DNA of 64,000 nt from Ginglymostoma cirratum (Eukaryota), in the NCBI GenBank assembly GCA_024137785.1, contig JAHRHZ010000139.1, positions 38,719,447-38,783,446 of the forward strand, written 5' to 3'. Positions 49,975 to 64,000 of this stretch are shown here, in pieces. How positions within the stretch are numbered: position 1 is the stretch's first letter; every line of letters begins with the position of its first letter. The translations under genes and the position numbers were made by a program. The notes beneath the pieces were generated by a model that saw only the letters and a list, made by a program, of their open reading frames with translations, ran no database searches and was not told the DNA's origin.

Positions 49975-51860
49975 ACCAAAAAAGGAGGCCATTCAGCTCA
50001 TCACATTCAACAGCAACATGGCTAGTCCCATTGATTTGTACTTTCACAGACCTCTGTATTCTCTCTTCAGGCATTTACTCAATTCCCTTTTGAAAGTCCT
50101 AATTGAATCTGCCTCTACTACGCTTGCAGGCAGTGCACGTTAGTTCCTGACCCACTCACTGCACAGAATGTTTCATGTTGCTGTTGATTCTCTTGTCAAT
50201 AAGATTAAATCATATCCTCTTGCTCTCAACACTTTTGCAAATGGGAACACAATTTCTCAGTGTTTTAGTTACAGACACTTCATAATTTTGAATACTTCTT
50301 TATAATCACAACTTTCTCCTCTAACTACCTCAATTTCTCCAATGTATCTACATAACTGGAATTCCTCAACCTTAAAATCACTCTTGCAAATGTTTTTTGG
50401 CACTCTAAAGCTGCCACATCTTTTGGAAAGTTCTGCCACCAGAATTTTCTTTCTTTAAAAGGATCGCTCATGGGATGTGGGCATTGTTAGCTCGGCTGAC
50501 ATTTATTACTCATTCATAGTTGCCCTTCAGAAGGTGGTGGTGAGCTTCTTAAACTGCTGCAGTACATATGCTGTAGGTAGACTCTCAATGTATTAGGAAC
50601 AGAGTTCCAGGACTTCGACCCAGACAGTGAAGAAGTGGCAATATATTTCCAAGTCAGGACAGTGACTGGCTTGAAGGGAACTTGAAGGTGGTGGTATTTT
50701 CATGTATCTGCAGCCCTCTTCCTCCTAGATGGTAGTGGTCATGGATTTGGAAGGTGCTGTCTAAGAAGTCTTAGTGACTTTTTCACTGTATCTTGTAGAT
50801 GGTACACACTGCTGCTGAGCTTTGACAGTGGGCTGGTGTGGTTTGCGTGAATTGGACCAATCTTCCCTTTAACGCCAAACCAGTGTAACTGCAAAAACAT
50901 TCATCACAACTTCCTGTATGCACAATGCAATATTTATAAAGCCCAGTATCAAAGTATGCCTTTTTAAGTACTGTTTCCCTTCGGCCAGAAATCATCAATG
51001 ATTTCACACATTTAATGCCAATTCTCACTTGGTTCTTGCATTCACTTCTGAATGATACCTTGTGGCTTAAATTGCTTCTCTTTAGGCTTACTACCAATGT
51101 AGTTCTTACAACTCTAATTTTATTGAAATTTCTTCCTCCATAATCGATTACACACATATCGAATATATTGAGTAGTACAAAATGGTTCGCCTCTAACCAG
51201 ATTAGTATCTTGGTCCCTTCTGAACATCCACCCTCTCCAGCAATGCAAGATTACTTTAATCAATACTGTCTTTGATTGCCTATTTTTCCTTAACACATGA
51301 CATCTGGAACCATTTTGTACCCAGTCCTGTCTATTTTTGAACCAAGTCTCCATGATTGCCCCATCGTATTTCAATGTTGCTTTTTATAGTATAGAAGCTT
51401 ATCAATCTTATTTGTATTTATGTTTACATTCATGCATTGTAAACCTCACTGTGTTCCCTTTTGGTCTGACCCTATCTAAAAAGTTACTTTTTCTTACTCT
51501 TGGCATATCTGTCTCTCCCAAGTCTTTGTTCACTTTGCTCCTCCTTTCTTATGTTAAACCATGGTTTCCATTCCTCTGTCAATTTAAACCGTTCCAAAAG
51601 CATGACAAAAAACTGTCTATCAAGTTCACTGGTCCCAGTTCTGTTGAGGTGAAACCCGAAAAGCACCAAATCCCCAGAATTCATCTAATGTTGCAGAAAT
51701 CTAATGCCATACCATCTCTCCAGCCATGCATTCATCTGCTCAATTTTGATTTTTTTTTTTTTAATAGCCACTAACACATGGCACCAGGACTAATCTAGAG
51801 ATTGCTACCTTTGGAGTCTTACTTGCAAATTTCTTTCCCAAGACTTTAAAAGTTGCCTGT
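49975..51860 (-). mobile_element. Stack of CR1/L2 LINE fragments (3' end 49975-50440; second LINE 3' end 50460-50820; CR1 5'/endonuclease region 50850-51860)
   Basis: Tail motifs shared with other copies; YDGAIMETW (endonuclease I-ETW motif) in ORF 51120-51374. Confidence 0.7.
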
Positions 51861-51879
51861 AGTAGCTCCTCTCTCTGTA

Positions 51880-52688
51880 TGTCAAAGAAAGGCAGCATAA
51901 CATTAAATTTACTTTTTGTATTTTACGTGAAGGAGAATCTTAGCGTCTTGTGTCATTTACAACGTTGTTATTTTGAGCTTGGCAGCACAATGTCTGGAGG
52001 TTTATTTGTAAGTGTGCACTTTTTGATCCTTAGGGTAAAGCAATGGGAATTAGTTCAATGCACTGAAAAAGAGGATAAACTGTGCTGTGACAGGAGCCCA
52101 GGGATTCAAACATCTAGACAAGAGTCAGGGTCTGTGTGCACCAAAGGATAGAGGCAGGATTATTGCACTCACTGATAAGAAACACTGCAAAACTGCTGAA
52201 AACGGAGTTTAAGGAACTCGAATGTTTGTTTTGAAGTTAAAATAACATCAAGCTTAGTTTGCAGTTTGTCATTAGGTGTTTCATGGAAAGATACCAGCTT
52301 AAGAAAAAAAACAGCTGATGAGGCACCAAATTTTGGTGGAAGGAAACTGACTGCAATTGTGCTTGCCTGAGCCAGAAGCTTTATTGAGAACATGGCGGTA
52401 AATCTTCACTGGGATTTTATGTTTGTAAGGATATTGCTAGGTTAAAACGACTAGAGAGTGAGAATCGTTTTCTGCTGTTTGTCATGAATTCTTTTCAATG
52501 TTTCTGTCTAGTGTAATATAGCACATGCTCTTGTTCAATAAACATTTTGCTCTGTGATAAAAGTACACAGGCAGACCCTTGTGAATGTGTTCAGGAATTG
52601 ACTTCCACAGCTTAGAAAAACAATGTTGGAAATTCAGATTTCACATTGCCACCTGACTTGTCAAATATTCACATTAGATGGGATAACA
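51880..52688 (+). mobile_element. Candidate solo LTR (809 bp)
   Basis: Starts TGT and ends ACA (gggataaca); flanks ctgta/ctgtt resemble a 5-bp TSD; internal AATAAA at 52537-52542. Confidence 0.5.
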
Positions 52689-52830
52689 CTGTTTACATTA
52701 TTGATACTGATACGATCAAATTCTGAATTACTGATTGTGAAGGGACTTGACGGGAAGTTTCTAATTTTGGCGCAGGCCTTCAGTTGGCTGCATTTCTGCA
52801 TATTACACATAAAGCAAAGTACAGAATTTA

Positions 52831-53061
<231 letters not shown>

Positions 53062-53344
53062 CTAGCAATTTAAACAAAATTTAACACTGAATATGTGGGG
53101 TGATACTGCTCAAAAGACAGATGAATTTTTATTACTTTAAAAGTCATCCATATAACTGGTTCTATTTATATCTTTTCATTTTCTCCCCCAAGCCAAGACC
53201 TGACACCACATGAAAGCTTTACTTGTATAAGCACTAACTGCATGCACGTACAAAGACAGCAGTAACATCATCAAAACTACAATCAACAAACATACACCAA
53301 TAGTCACTGCATAGTACAGAACCTGCATGATGGGGGGAAAAAAT

Positions 53345-53509
53345 GACACGCAGTCAAAGCTTTTTAGCTTGTGTTCATCAGCACAGGTGCAAGAATGCTA
53401 ACTGTTCAAAGCACTCTTTTCTCATCCAGCATAGATTGTTGCTCCCTTCGAAAGTTGGCTGATTGAATCTGTCCTGATATGTACAAGATGAAAAACTTCA
53501 ACACATGTC
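53345..53509. mobile_element. Inverted pair of decayed hammerhead-bearing repeats, family C
   Basis: Minus-strand CTGATGA at 53375-53381 and plus-strand gtcCTGATATgtacaagatGAAA at 53471-53493; related copy at 59712-59775. Confidence 0.55.
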
Positions 53510-54930
53510 CTGTTCTTCAGCTTGACACAAATACAACGAAGAAATAGATGATGCAATCAAGAGGATGACAAACTCTCACTGCCCCAAATAAAATCTAAAA
53601 GGGAGTTGTGCTAACTAAATTAGAAAGTTATCAACGCTTATCAAACGTAGATGCTACGGGCATTGAAGTCCTCCAGCTAACCAGTGGAAATTGTGTGCAC
53701 CCTCCTTAAGGCCACCCAAATATCTACCTGAGAAAGAGATCTGCAGGTGAACTCTAGAATCAGGAGAGGAATTTGGCCACCTGCAAGGTGCACTTGCTTT
53801 ATTGAAGGGAAAAATGTTTGTCTTGGTGTGTTTTCTTGGAAGAAAGCAGGAAAATAATAGGACGTGTGGGAAGTTCTCTCTCTAGTGTTGTGATGTCAAA
53901 TCATATAGCCATTCTCTCCCACCTCTCATGAAGGCATTGATCACTTACTGGAGTACACTCCCTCAGTATTATATTCTCATGTCAGCCTCAATTGCTTATG
54001 TACGAGAGCAGGATTCAAATCCACAACCTTCTAATTCAGAGGGGAGATTTCTACTGGTTCAATTGCAGGTAACAGGAGATCCCGCAAGCACTAGTGAACG
54101 AGAATGTTCTCTGTACTGGCAATTATAACTCACTGCACCAACACTAGGTTATTTGGTTATTCATTTATGAATGGGACCTTGCAGCTTGCACATTCATTCT
54201 GCATTTACCTCTAAGTGAGGGCAACTGAAAGCAATTAATTGATTGTGGAGAACTATGTGTCATCTGAAACAAAGTTAGTTCTTTGATGTTGATTCCTTGA
54301 TTTTTGTTATCATGGCCTGCATGTCATTAGTCTTACACTTACCCAAGAACTTTTACAGGTCTTAGCAACGGGACATGGGTTTAGCAAAAATCCAAAACAG
54401 CGTAACTGACCCTCTTTACAGGGGATTGTATGAACTGGGCAAGCAACTGTGCATCTCCTTAACTACAGAATCATTACTGAAATAGTGAGGGCGAGGATAT
54501 CCAAATAAGAGTAGTTAATTTAATGCCAAATTAGATAGAATGCAAAATAAAAGCAGGACAGATAGTATAAACATTTTAAATTTGCCAGAATTAGTTAAAA
54601 TCTTAAGGAATGAGATTCCACATGCAGAGTTCACTTTCAACAAGAACTAGTGTATCTCAATATTTCAAACATATACTACCATTGAAAATTCAAATGGACA
54701 GTTAAATAGGCAAGTTTTTCCAATAAATTTAAAAGGTGTGCAGTGGGTATTACAACTTCTGATCTGTAAAATAATAAATACCCCAATCCTTTAGGGTAAT
54801 AGGTGTATAGCCCAACTTACCAGGGAGCAGAGGAACTTCTTGATTTTCGGGTTTATCATGCAACCAAAGTCACTAGAAATTACTTTCAGGTCTACACTTT
54901 CAAAATAAATTGTGATCACTGACAATTTCA

Positions 54931-55185
<255 letters not shown>

Positions 55186-55701
55186 TCATACTGTATAAGT
55201 ACTGCTCTTGGAACTACTACAACAATATCTTGATCAACTACAAACTGATGTATATTGAAAAACTTCTGGTAAAAATTCTATATTAACTACACAGTACTGG
55301 CTTTTAGTTCATTCCTAGAACCAGAAATTGAAGGGAGATTATTTAGGATATCCAATGTATAATCTTATCTTCTACCAAAAATTTGATCTCTAAGCATCGT
55401 GGTGAATGCATGTGTGGGTGTGCAGGTAGCATGCAGGTGTGAGGGCAGTCTATACATGTCATTGTGTATGGGGTGGAAATGGGAAGAGGTAGACAACGAT
55501 GTGGAGAAAAGAACCGTTAAAATAGCTGTTTCTTAATAAAATAATTGAAACTATTACATTATCTAATGTGTAATTGATAACACTAAAACTCCTGAACACT
55601 TAAAGGGCAATGTAATCAAGTTTAAATGCCACACAATGCATCAGTAACAGCTTAGCAAATTTTTAAAAGAATGGAAAGTCTTAGGAAATAGATAAACATT
55701 A

Positions 55702-55875
<174 letters not shown>

Positions 55876-56652
55876 TTACATACACTCTCCAGTTGCAGTT
55901 CTTTAACAGCAGAACAAAAAAGTTAAAAAGTAAATATATCTCAATTTTCAGATATCAGTGCAGCTGATTTCAGAATGGGAATTTCATAAATATGCAGGTA
56001 CACTCCAATGTAAAAGAACAATTTACTTTCATACATGTTTTGTGGACATGATCTTCAGACCCATTAAATATTGACTGATCTCAATCTACTTAACTGTTTC
56101 CAATCGTAGAAACATCACAATGAGCTTCAAAACACTGTAAAAAAGAAAAGTAACTTGCCTTATCTTTTTTTGACCTAGCTTCCTACTTTTAACTTCTGAA
56201 TTATAAAGTTTTAATGTTATAAAGTTAAGTCTAGAAAAACCTCCATGTTCTCTCTCCTTGTTCAAAACTAACAGCATTACTTTACAAAATGACCAAAATT
56301 GCATGAACTACCATTATACTTCAGCGATTTACTTCATTATACATTTTACCCCAAGTCACTTTATCAGAAATAATATGACTATATTTCTGAAACCCCCAAT
56401 GCAGCCACTACTTTTTTTCACTGCATTGAAGCATGGGATCTTGCTCTAAGTACATGTATCCAGAACAATCTTAAATTTCTTCTTCCATCAATAGACTACA
56501 AGACTAAAATTAAAAAAAAAGTTTAACTTTATTTAGTTAACCAGATGGAAGTGCACTTTTCACCTACGGAGCAAGTTTCCACAATACGAATTTTCAAATG
56601 TAAAAGTTAAAAAGACCCTTGAATTTCTACGTTTCATTCAGAAACACATTAC

Positions 56653-56732
56653 CTTGACTACACTCAAGTCTCCAGCTTTGGCTGCTTCCAGTAACTGTCG
56701 ATCAGTGTCAAAGTTTCCAAGCATGGCACCTT
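56653..56732 (-). CDS. TNKS2: Tankyrase-2 exon (GAMLGNFDTDRQLLEAAKAGDLSVVK)
   Basis: 80 nt, AG/GT boundaries. Confidence 0.94.
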
Positions 56733-57169
56733 CTACAGAGTGGATTTGAAAAGAGGAAAGGAAAACAGATTTTTAAACAAGGCAACAGAAGCTCAAGTTT
56801 AATACTAATGAAAAGATGTAATTAGAAAACTCATTTTTCTAAAATAAAACTACATGTCAGTGCAAAACAAAACACTGTCCTCAAGTTTTGATTCATTCAT
56901 TATACATTAAATAACTAAATGCAGTCATTATATAACTAAAACTTAATTACTGTTTATTTCATAATGCACACTTTTAGAGGAATTATTGTATTTTATATAA
57001 AGCAAAATATCTCTCGATACTACATAGTCATGATGGATGGAATGAAACACACCAAAGTAGCAGTGAAGGAAGCCTTAGGATGTGTGCAAAGACTTCATAA
57101 TTGAAGGTTCTGGCACATAAGAAGATAGGGAAAAGAAAGCATTGTGTAATAAGCCAGGCTTGATGGCAT

Positions 57170-57520
57170 ACACAGGTAGAGAGGGGTTTGAAGGACCGTC
57201 CACTTCAAAACTATGAAGATATCTGTAAACGGCAGAAGGACTTTGCAGACAATGCAGCAGGCAAGTGTGGGCACAGATCGAAGAGAACAAGGTACAGTTT
57301 GGGAGGCTGACAATGCAAGCTTACGTGAAGTTAAATCTAGAGATGACAGAGACATGGAGAAGGGTTTCAGTGATTTTGTGATACAAGAGAAACAGGAATG
57401 ATAATGAGAATAGCACTTAATAGTCAATGTCTGACGGTGGGACTTGAAACTCAGTTCTGATTGAAGCCAACAGAATTTGACTTGGATACTTTGGCAGGGG
57501 CAGGGAAGGAAAAAAAACTG
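57170..57520 (-). mobile_element. Old L2-like LINE fragment
   Basis: Degenerate pattern typical of reverse-strand L2 ORF2; no intact motif. Confidence 0.4.
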
Positions 57521-57544
57521 AAATTTATCTTCTTCCCTGGAGGT

Positions 57545-57810
57545 GGGAGGCAAGGGACAGAGCGAGCACGCATGCACGACAGAGAGAGAGACTGCGAGAG
57601 AGGGTGAGAGAGATAGAAAGCAGAGGGGGTGAGGGGGAGTGAGACAGATGATGATAAAGCGGAATGGGGAAGAAGGGATGGAGACACAGCAAAAGTTGGG
57701 GGCAGAGAGAGAGAGAAAGACAGAGCGCGAGAGAGCGAAACAGCAGAGTGGGTTGGTGGGAAGAGAGGGGGTGGTGGAGACAAGAGAGAAATGCTAGAAG
57801 GAAGAAAATA
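57545..57810. repeat. GA-rich low-complexity tract
   Basis: Degenerate (GA)n and purine tract. Confidence 0.8.
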
Positions 57811-58013
57811 GAACTGCCAGCTACGATGAAAAGCAAAGAGACGATGTAACTTGGCAAGGACTGAACCAGACAGGGTATAACTTGTCGTGTTTAACTAATG
57901 AAGCTTCATTGTTACAGGTAGGATGGAAACAAAGTATTTGACAGAAAGGTTACAATGGCACTAAAATATCAGTACAAAGAATGGCATCCAATTTAGTAAC
58001 TAGCTTTCTCTAC

Positions 58014-58185
58014 CTTGTAAAATCTGCTGCACGCTTTCATTACCCATCTGTAATGCAGTTAAACCCTGAATTGACAGTATTGATGAGTCAGATCCAGAAT
58101 TCAGCAACAAGCGACATGTGTGATGATGACCACATTGTGCAGCCTTATGTAAAGGTGTCTGACCAAGTCTGTCCAAGGCATTCAC
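58014..58185 (-). CDS. TNKS2: Tankyrase-2 ankyrin exon ([20 protein letters not shown]...VQQILQ)
   Basis: 172 nt, AG/GT boundaries. Confidence 0.95.
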
Positions 58186-58354
58186 CTATTAATCATAATA
58201 CAGGATACGTGATTCAAAAACTACTACATATTGCTTTGGCAGTACACAAGAGGAATACTAATAGTGCTATGAACATTTAACAGCACACTCCATTGATGAA
58301 CTAATGCACTACATGTACTCAATATATAGTTTTGTTCAGAATAAAGTTGTGTAC

Positions 58355-58433
58355 CTTCGTATCATTTTTTATAAGCACTTCAATAATATCATCATGGGCT
58401 TTTTCTGATGCCACATGGAGGGGTGTCAAAAAG
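58355..58433 (-). CDS. TNKS2: Tankyrase-2 ankyrin exon (FLTPLHVASEKAHDDIIEVLIKNDTK)
   Basis: 79 nt, AG/GT boundaries. Confidence 0.95.
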
Positions 58434-58539
58434 CTAAGAGGAAGATAATGAGAGGAGATGTTGAGGAAAATCTAAATAAATACAAACAAATAATGTGAAA
58501 ATATGTTTAAGGAAACTAAAATGTTCCAAATCATCTTAC

Positions 58540-58631
58540 TCTTTTGTCTTTTCATCGACATTCGCCCCTTTTCTTAATAATAACTCAGCCACTTGTTTTC
58601 GTTTTGGGTATGGAGAAGCAGCAACACAATG
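58540..58631 (-). CDS. TNKS2: Tankyrase-2 ankyrin exon ([30 protein letters not shown])
   Basis: 92 nt, AG/GT boundaries. Confidence 0.95.
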
Positions 58632-59353
58632 CTATAAAGTTAAAAGAATTTAGGTATTCTTTTCTATTCACAGGCTTTACATAAATGTACCACAAGTCAG
58701 TTAAAATATTCAAGAACAACAAAGTCGTAAATTGCAAATACATTGAGTACAAACAACATTAATATTATTAATGTTGTGAAAAGGTAAAAAATTCAATTTA
58801 CACAATTATTATAAGAAATGAGCTGCCAATTTCAAATTGGATAGCAAAAGTTTAGGAATACTCAACCAATCCATTTGAGTTAAAATGATCATCCATCTGG
58901 GAAATGTTTAATTTAACAACATTTATCAAAAAAAATGCTATCAAAAAAATTCTAATCCCATACAAGGCTATGTTTGGTGGGAAAGCTTTGGCATAAAGCT
59001 GTATCAAAAATACTGCCTTCTTTATTTTACATAATGCCTATTTAAAAATAAATAAATGACAATAACTAAATTGAAACGTACACATAATTGCATTAAATAA
59101 AAATTTGGTGATATTAATTTTTTTTAAAACCCAAATTTGCTAACACTCCTTTCCTTTGGAGATTTCATGGTTTACTAATCAGTTGCTTTTAGTTTCAAAG
59201 TTGTTCACTAGTTCAGAAATATGAAGCGGTTCGAAAATGAGTTGTCAAAATTTATTTAATAACTTGTAGATTAGCTTGACAGCATATTCAGGGGATTTAA
59301 TGACCATCTTCGAGCACATATATTCACGTCAGGCAGCCTATAACATAAACGTT

Positions 59354-59682
59354 CATAGAATCCATTGAATCCCTAAAGTGTGGAAATAGGCCATTTGGCC
59401 CAAAAAGTTCACACCGACCCAGACTCACCCCCTACCTTATCTCTGCATTTCCCATGGTTTACCCGCCTAACCTACATCTCCCTGGACACTATAGGCAATT
59501 TAGCATGGCCAACTCACCTAACCTACACACTGTTGGACTGTGGAAGGAAACGGAGCACCCGGAGGAAACCCACGCAAACACTGGGAGAACGTGTAAACTC
59601 TGCACAGACACAATCCTCCAAGGCTGGAATTGAACCCTGGTCCCTGAATCTGAGAGGCAGCAATGCTAACCAGTGAACCACC
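59354..59682 (-). mobile_element. HE1-like V-SINE
   Basis: Homologous to 38930-39279 over most of its length. Confidence 0.88.
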
Positions 59683-59711
59683 ATTGCTAAACATTGCTGA
59701 AAAGGGAGGCA

Positions 59712-59775
59712 GGTTGCAACAGATTTTCATCATGTACTCATCAGGACAGGTGCAAGAATGCCAAATTTCAAAAGA
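59712..59775 (-). mobile_element. Family C repeat with hammerhead-like core
   Basis: Minus strand ttcttgcacctgtcCTGATGAgtacatgatGAAA. Confidence 0.5.
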
Positions 59776-60112
59776 ACACAATGATTTGTATTACAGAAGA
59801 AAAGGACATTAATTGGTGGACAAGGCTTCTCTGAATGGCCAAGGTGTTTCTGTGGAGAAAGCAATGGGCAATAATAGTCTGCCCAAACTCAGTGTATTTC
59901 AAAATAAACGTGCAAAGCTTGCACATACTTCTGCTTGGAGAGAATGTGCCCTGTGCATAAACGTCAATCACTTCAGCCACAAATTTCAAGCCTATAATAA
60001 ACTTACATTAACAATAAACCACTAAAGCAAAAATGTGACTCAATTTAAATACAAAACTGCAGAACTGAGGCAGAAAGTAAACTATCACAGCAAGAACGAG
60101 TTCATTTCTTAC

Positions 60113-60234
60113 CAATGCAGTCTCATGAGTCCTAGGATGCTTGAAATTCACATTCTCTAAAGACAGATGCTTTTTTACACAGGTCACATCTGCTTCTTTG
60201 GCAGCTTGTAATAATGAATGTCCTTTGAACTCAT
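60113..60234 (-). CDS. TNKS2: Tankyrase-2 exon, most 5' in window ([40 protein letters not shown])
   Basis: 122 nt, AG/GT boundaries. Confidence 0.95.
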
Positions 60235-61459
60235 CTAAAATAAGAATTTAAACAAAGCATTAACAAATCACTTCGTAGAAAATTTAAACATAACAGGAGT
60301 ACTTTATCGCATTGCTTCAATTTTCCATGTCTCATATCAACTATTAAGGGTTATTTTTACTGAGTTTCTAATGTTTGAATAAAGCTCACTTATCAGAATC
60401 CAATAAATGTGTAACCTTACAAAAACCTGCAAACCTGGATGGCTCAAAAGTCAACTCCTCCCAATTTTGAGCATTAACCTGCAGTAGATATTGCATGAAT
60501 AGATTTTCAAAGACATATTAAAGATTTCTAAAGATATTACAAGCATGAAAAGCCTTTATGTTCCAAAATATTATTTTTCTCTGAGGTAATGTTACCTTGT
60601 ATTCCTATAATATTTTTCAACGTATAAGCAACTGTATTTTTTGTTTGCAAGGGTAGGGAGTACACGGCAGCTAAATTCCTTACAAATGAATGTGGAATAT
60701 TTAGTTCAGGGTTGCACAAGTTCAAGAGTTACTATACTTGGGCATTATAGAGTGGGGACAATTGTTCTGGATCATACAGTAATGAATACAGTTGTAACAG
60801 TCTGATTAAAATAATCTAGCTTTGTACATGTGCAAAGTAAATGCATTGGCTGTGACCTCACCAATCTGCAGGTGTGTTTAAGGTAATGATTGTGTAGAAA
60901 TGCATTAGCTATTTTGAAAAAAAAAGCTTTATTAACTTACACCTGTTTTCTTGTACCAATTTAAATATTGTGAGACATAGGAAATTAAAGTTTTCCTTGT
61001 ATGCTGTGGGTTTAAGTGTGATGGACAGTTGATCATTTAGGGTATTGATCAATTAGCTTGTACAAGAGTCCAAATAACCCTTTGTCTCAACAGCAACCTC
61101 CACTCACGCACACTGCTGGCCTAGCTTTTGGCGACCGTGACCTCTGGTCTTACAGTGAATACCTCAGTGCCAGCAATGATTCCCCAAGAACTCAATGCTT
61201 CTCCAATCACAGACATTTTATCCCATGCTTGCAGAGTTAAGAGATCCCATATGTGACTGGAAGAACTGTTTCTCATGACTTACTTACATCCTATTTACAG
61301 AAGTAAGTTTTCCTCAATTGGGCACCCCCAAGAATGAATTTTCACAGGTGGTTTGAGGACTTTGAGGTGAATCTGCCTTTTGCCCTTGCGTTTTTGTTAA
61401 ATGATGGGGAAAAACCAACTCACTGGTTTCTGATCTGGACAAGAGATTAAAAAAAAGAA

Positions 61460-62665
61460 AACAGAGTCTGGGTAATATACTGGCATGGCAGGAGGATAGA
61501 TTAACAGGCAGGAAGTTAAGCAGGAACAAATGCTGCATTTTTAAGCTGGCAGACTATAGCTGAGGGAGTGCCAGAAGGATCAGCACTGGAGCCCCAATGT
61601 TTTATGATCTATAGTACTTGACCAAGACAGAGACAGGTATAGTACATAAATTACTGAAGATACACTAGCCAGGTGGAAATGTAGCCTCTCCGGCCATGAG
61701 CATACAAGGAGATATGGGCAAGCTCAGTGGGGAAACACGACGGCTGATGGTGAGAAATGGGAAAGAATGAAGTTATTTACTTTGGCCTTAAGAACAGGTA
61801 GGCAATTTTTTTGTTTAAAACAAGGAATTAAACTTGTAAAATGTTAATTTTGAGAGTTGAGGACAATGCATACAAGGAATACAATTAGCATGCAGTCGCA
61901 GCAAGCAATGGGAAGGCAAATCACATTGGCATTTATTGCAAGGGGATTGGATTACAGAATGAAAGGGACAATACATTCCCTCTAATTTCTTCAGCCATTG
62001 CACATAACTGAGGTCAGATCTGGAGAAACCAGAAATGAACGTACCTACATGTCCATCAGCGTTCACGGACCCTTGAAGCAGCTGTGCAGCCATGCAGCTT
62101 AGAAGGAACACTGAATGTCATAACTGCATACAGTATTGCTGAGTGCACACCTGGAATACTTTGCATTGTTTTAGTCTCCAGGCCCAACAAAGATGTATAT
62201 GCTTACACTAAAGGAAGTACTACAAAAGGTCCACTAGATCGATTCCTGAGATGAAGGGATTATCCAAGTCAATCAAATTGGGCCCATGCCTGCTGGTGTT
62301 GAGGAGACAGACAGGATCTAACTAAAGCATACAATCTTCTGGAGAGACTTGACAGGGTAGAGAAAGAAGTCATTTTCCCTCTCTAGAGGATCTAGACAAT
62401 GGGAGCACGATTCCAGACAAGAGCGTATTTAGGACTAAGATGAGAGTAAATTATAATTGTCAAGTTTGTGAATCTTGGGATCTGTTTTTAACCCAAAGGG
62501 CTGTGAATGTTGACTATGTTCAAGGCTAAGACGGACAGATTTTCAGTATTACACGGAATTAAGGATTATGGGCAGCAGGTACGAAAATAGAGTTTAGATC
62601 AGTGATCATATGATTCACAGTGCAGGATCAAGGGAAAATACGACCTACTCTTGCTTCCATTATTC
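61460..62665 (+). mobile_element. Decayed CR1 LINE, RT to 3' end, with an insertion at ~61975-62120
   Basis: GVPEGSALEP (QGS motif), HLEYFALF*SP and tail cgacctactcttgcttcc. Confidence 0.75.
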
Positions 62666-62801
62666 TTTCGAAGATAAACTGGGCAAAAGTGAATAAATAA
62701 GACTTCCACCAGAAACTCATTTCAATGTTTATCATTCAACTGCTCCACTGAAACATCTGTATAATTCAAAGGCTGCATATTATAAACACTAAATGTTACA
62801 A

Positions 62802-62984
62802 CAGTAAATCCTCGGTATCCTGAGTTCATGACTCTCGAATTCATCTATCCGTGCTAAAAATAAGTAGGAACAAAATTCAGCATCCACAGCAAAACCCATG
62901 TATCCATAACCTTTTAACAGGTATTTTAAAAGAAGCTCCGCACTCGTAAATTTCATCATTCGTGCGGATACGGAGGAATGACTG
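62802..62984. mobile_element. pogo/Tigger-like MITE (183 bp)
   Basis: Terminal inverted repeats CAGTAAATCCTCGGTATCC / GGATACGGAGGAATGACTG (16/19 match); TA target duplication not preserved. Confidence 0.75.
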
Positions 62985-63569
62985 TGTAATTATTTTCAGT
63001 AATGTTTACATTGTTCGGAATATTTGAATTCCCTGCACAGCACAAGACCTTGACTATATTGGCTAAACAAAAATCAGCAAAAACATGGACAAAATTTACA
63101 AGTATACAAACACACCTAAGTGCCATATGCAAATCAGCTAAAATAAGAACATCACTGCTTTCCAGCTGACACCTTACAGCATAATGTTCAACCTGCAAAC
63201 CATAAGATGTCTCACCAGCACCATGACACCATGCATTTTCAACAATTAGCTGTTACATAATTTGACACATGCAACATTGTACTTTCACTGTGGACTTCGC
63301 TGGTGTCAGTATTACCCTAGCCAACAAGCACAAAAACTAAATTTATAAAGTTAACAAACTGTTTAAAAAGACACAACTTAATATGGTAGTGTAGTTAAAC
63401 TATCGTGGGTTAACTAAAGGGGACATGAGAATTGTCGCTTGAGGTGGAGTCAGATTACTAACACTGCTAATTCCAAAATCACATTTGAAACTGAAAGACA
63501 TGAAAACACTGCAATTATGCCAAAGTATCAGTGTACCTACATGAGCATTAGGCTGGGTAAAAGATTACT

Positions 63570-63740
63570 AAACACGAAAAATAGGAGTAGGCCCTTTGAA
63601 TGTGGCCAACTATTCAAAATGGTCATGGCTTATCATTTAGCCGGGAGCTATATCTAACTCCTCCTTGAAAACATTCAATATTTTGGCCTCAAACTTTTTC
63701 TGTGACAGTGAATTCAAATTCAGTTTGCTAAGAAGCAAAT
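63570..63740 (-). mobile_element. CR1 3' end fragment
   Basis: aaataggagtaggccc...atggtcatggct...gtgaattcaaattc, the reverse complement of the CR1 tail type at 17660-17740. Confidence 0.6.
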
Positions 63741-64000
63741 TTGTTAATCCACACTTGTGGCAGAAAGCACACAGAAGACCAAATCTTTTATTTGATAAGC
63801 TTGGTCGGGGGGGTGGGGGGGTGGTGGGAAAGAGGTCACAAGTTAAATAGACACTTTATCCAAGATCTTCACAACTTCAGTCATATCTGGACCAGTAATT
63901 TAGAAAAGGACTACATAATTAGACATCACTAAAGCACAATACAAGAGAAGAAATGGTTCTCTCCTGTAAAAGAGCCAAAACGTATTCTGAACTGTCAGTA

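Noticed and set aside
60235-64000. Next upstream TNKS2 exon ([22 protein letters not shown]...)
   Set aside because: Not found in the window; it must lie beyond 64000

Overview
Eukaryotic (vertebrate) genomic DNA, AT-rich and repeat-rich. The repeat repertoire (HE1-type V-SINEs, CR1/L2 LINEs, hammerhead-bearing Penelope-like elements) points to a cartilaginous fish, probably a shark (inference). Two protein-coding genes are supported, arranged tail-to-tail as in human 10q23. FGFBP3 is on the + strand with a single coding exon (11687-12397). The 3' 19 coding exons of tankyrase-2 (TNKS2) are on the - strand (60234 down to the stop at 34543); all have GT-AG boundaries and join in one frame, and the 5' exons lie beyond the window. 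Most short ORFs in the track are spurious or transposon-derived. The most unusual signal is a dense set of minimal hammerhead-ribozyme motifs (CUGANGA...GAAA with palindromic ACGU/AGCU stem III) in at least three repeat families. These include a near-identical tandem pair 346 nt apart (retrozyme-like), head-to-head fused copies, and a sense copy inside the FGFBP3 intron. A second signal is a stem-loop in the TNKS2 3'UTR that buries a Pumilio element. Everything was read by eye: no alignments, folding or database searches were run, and repeat boundaries are approximate.
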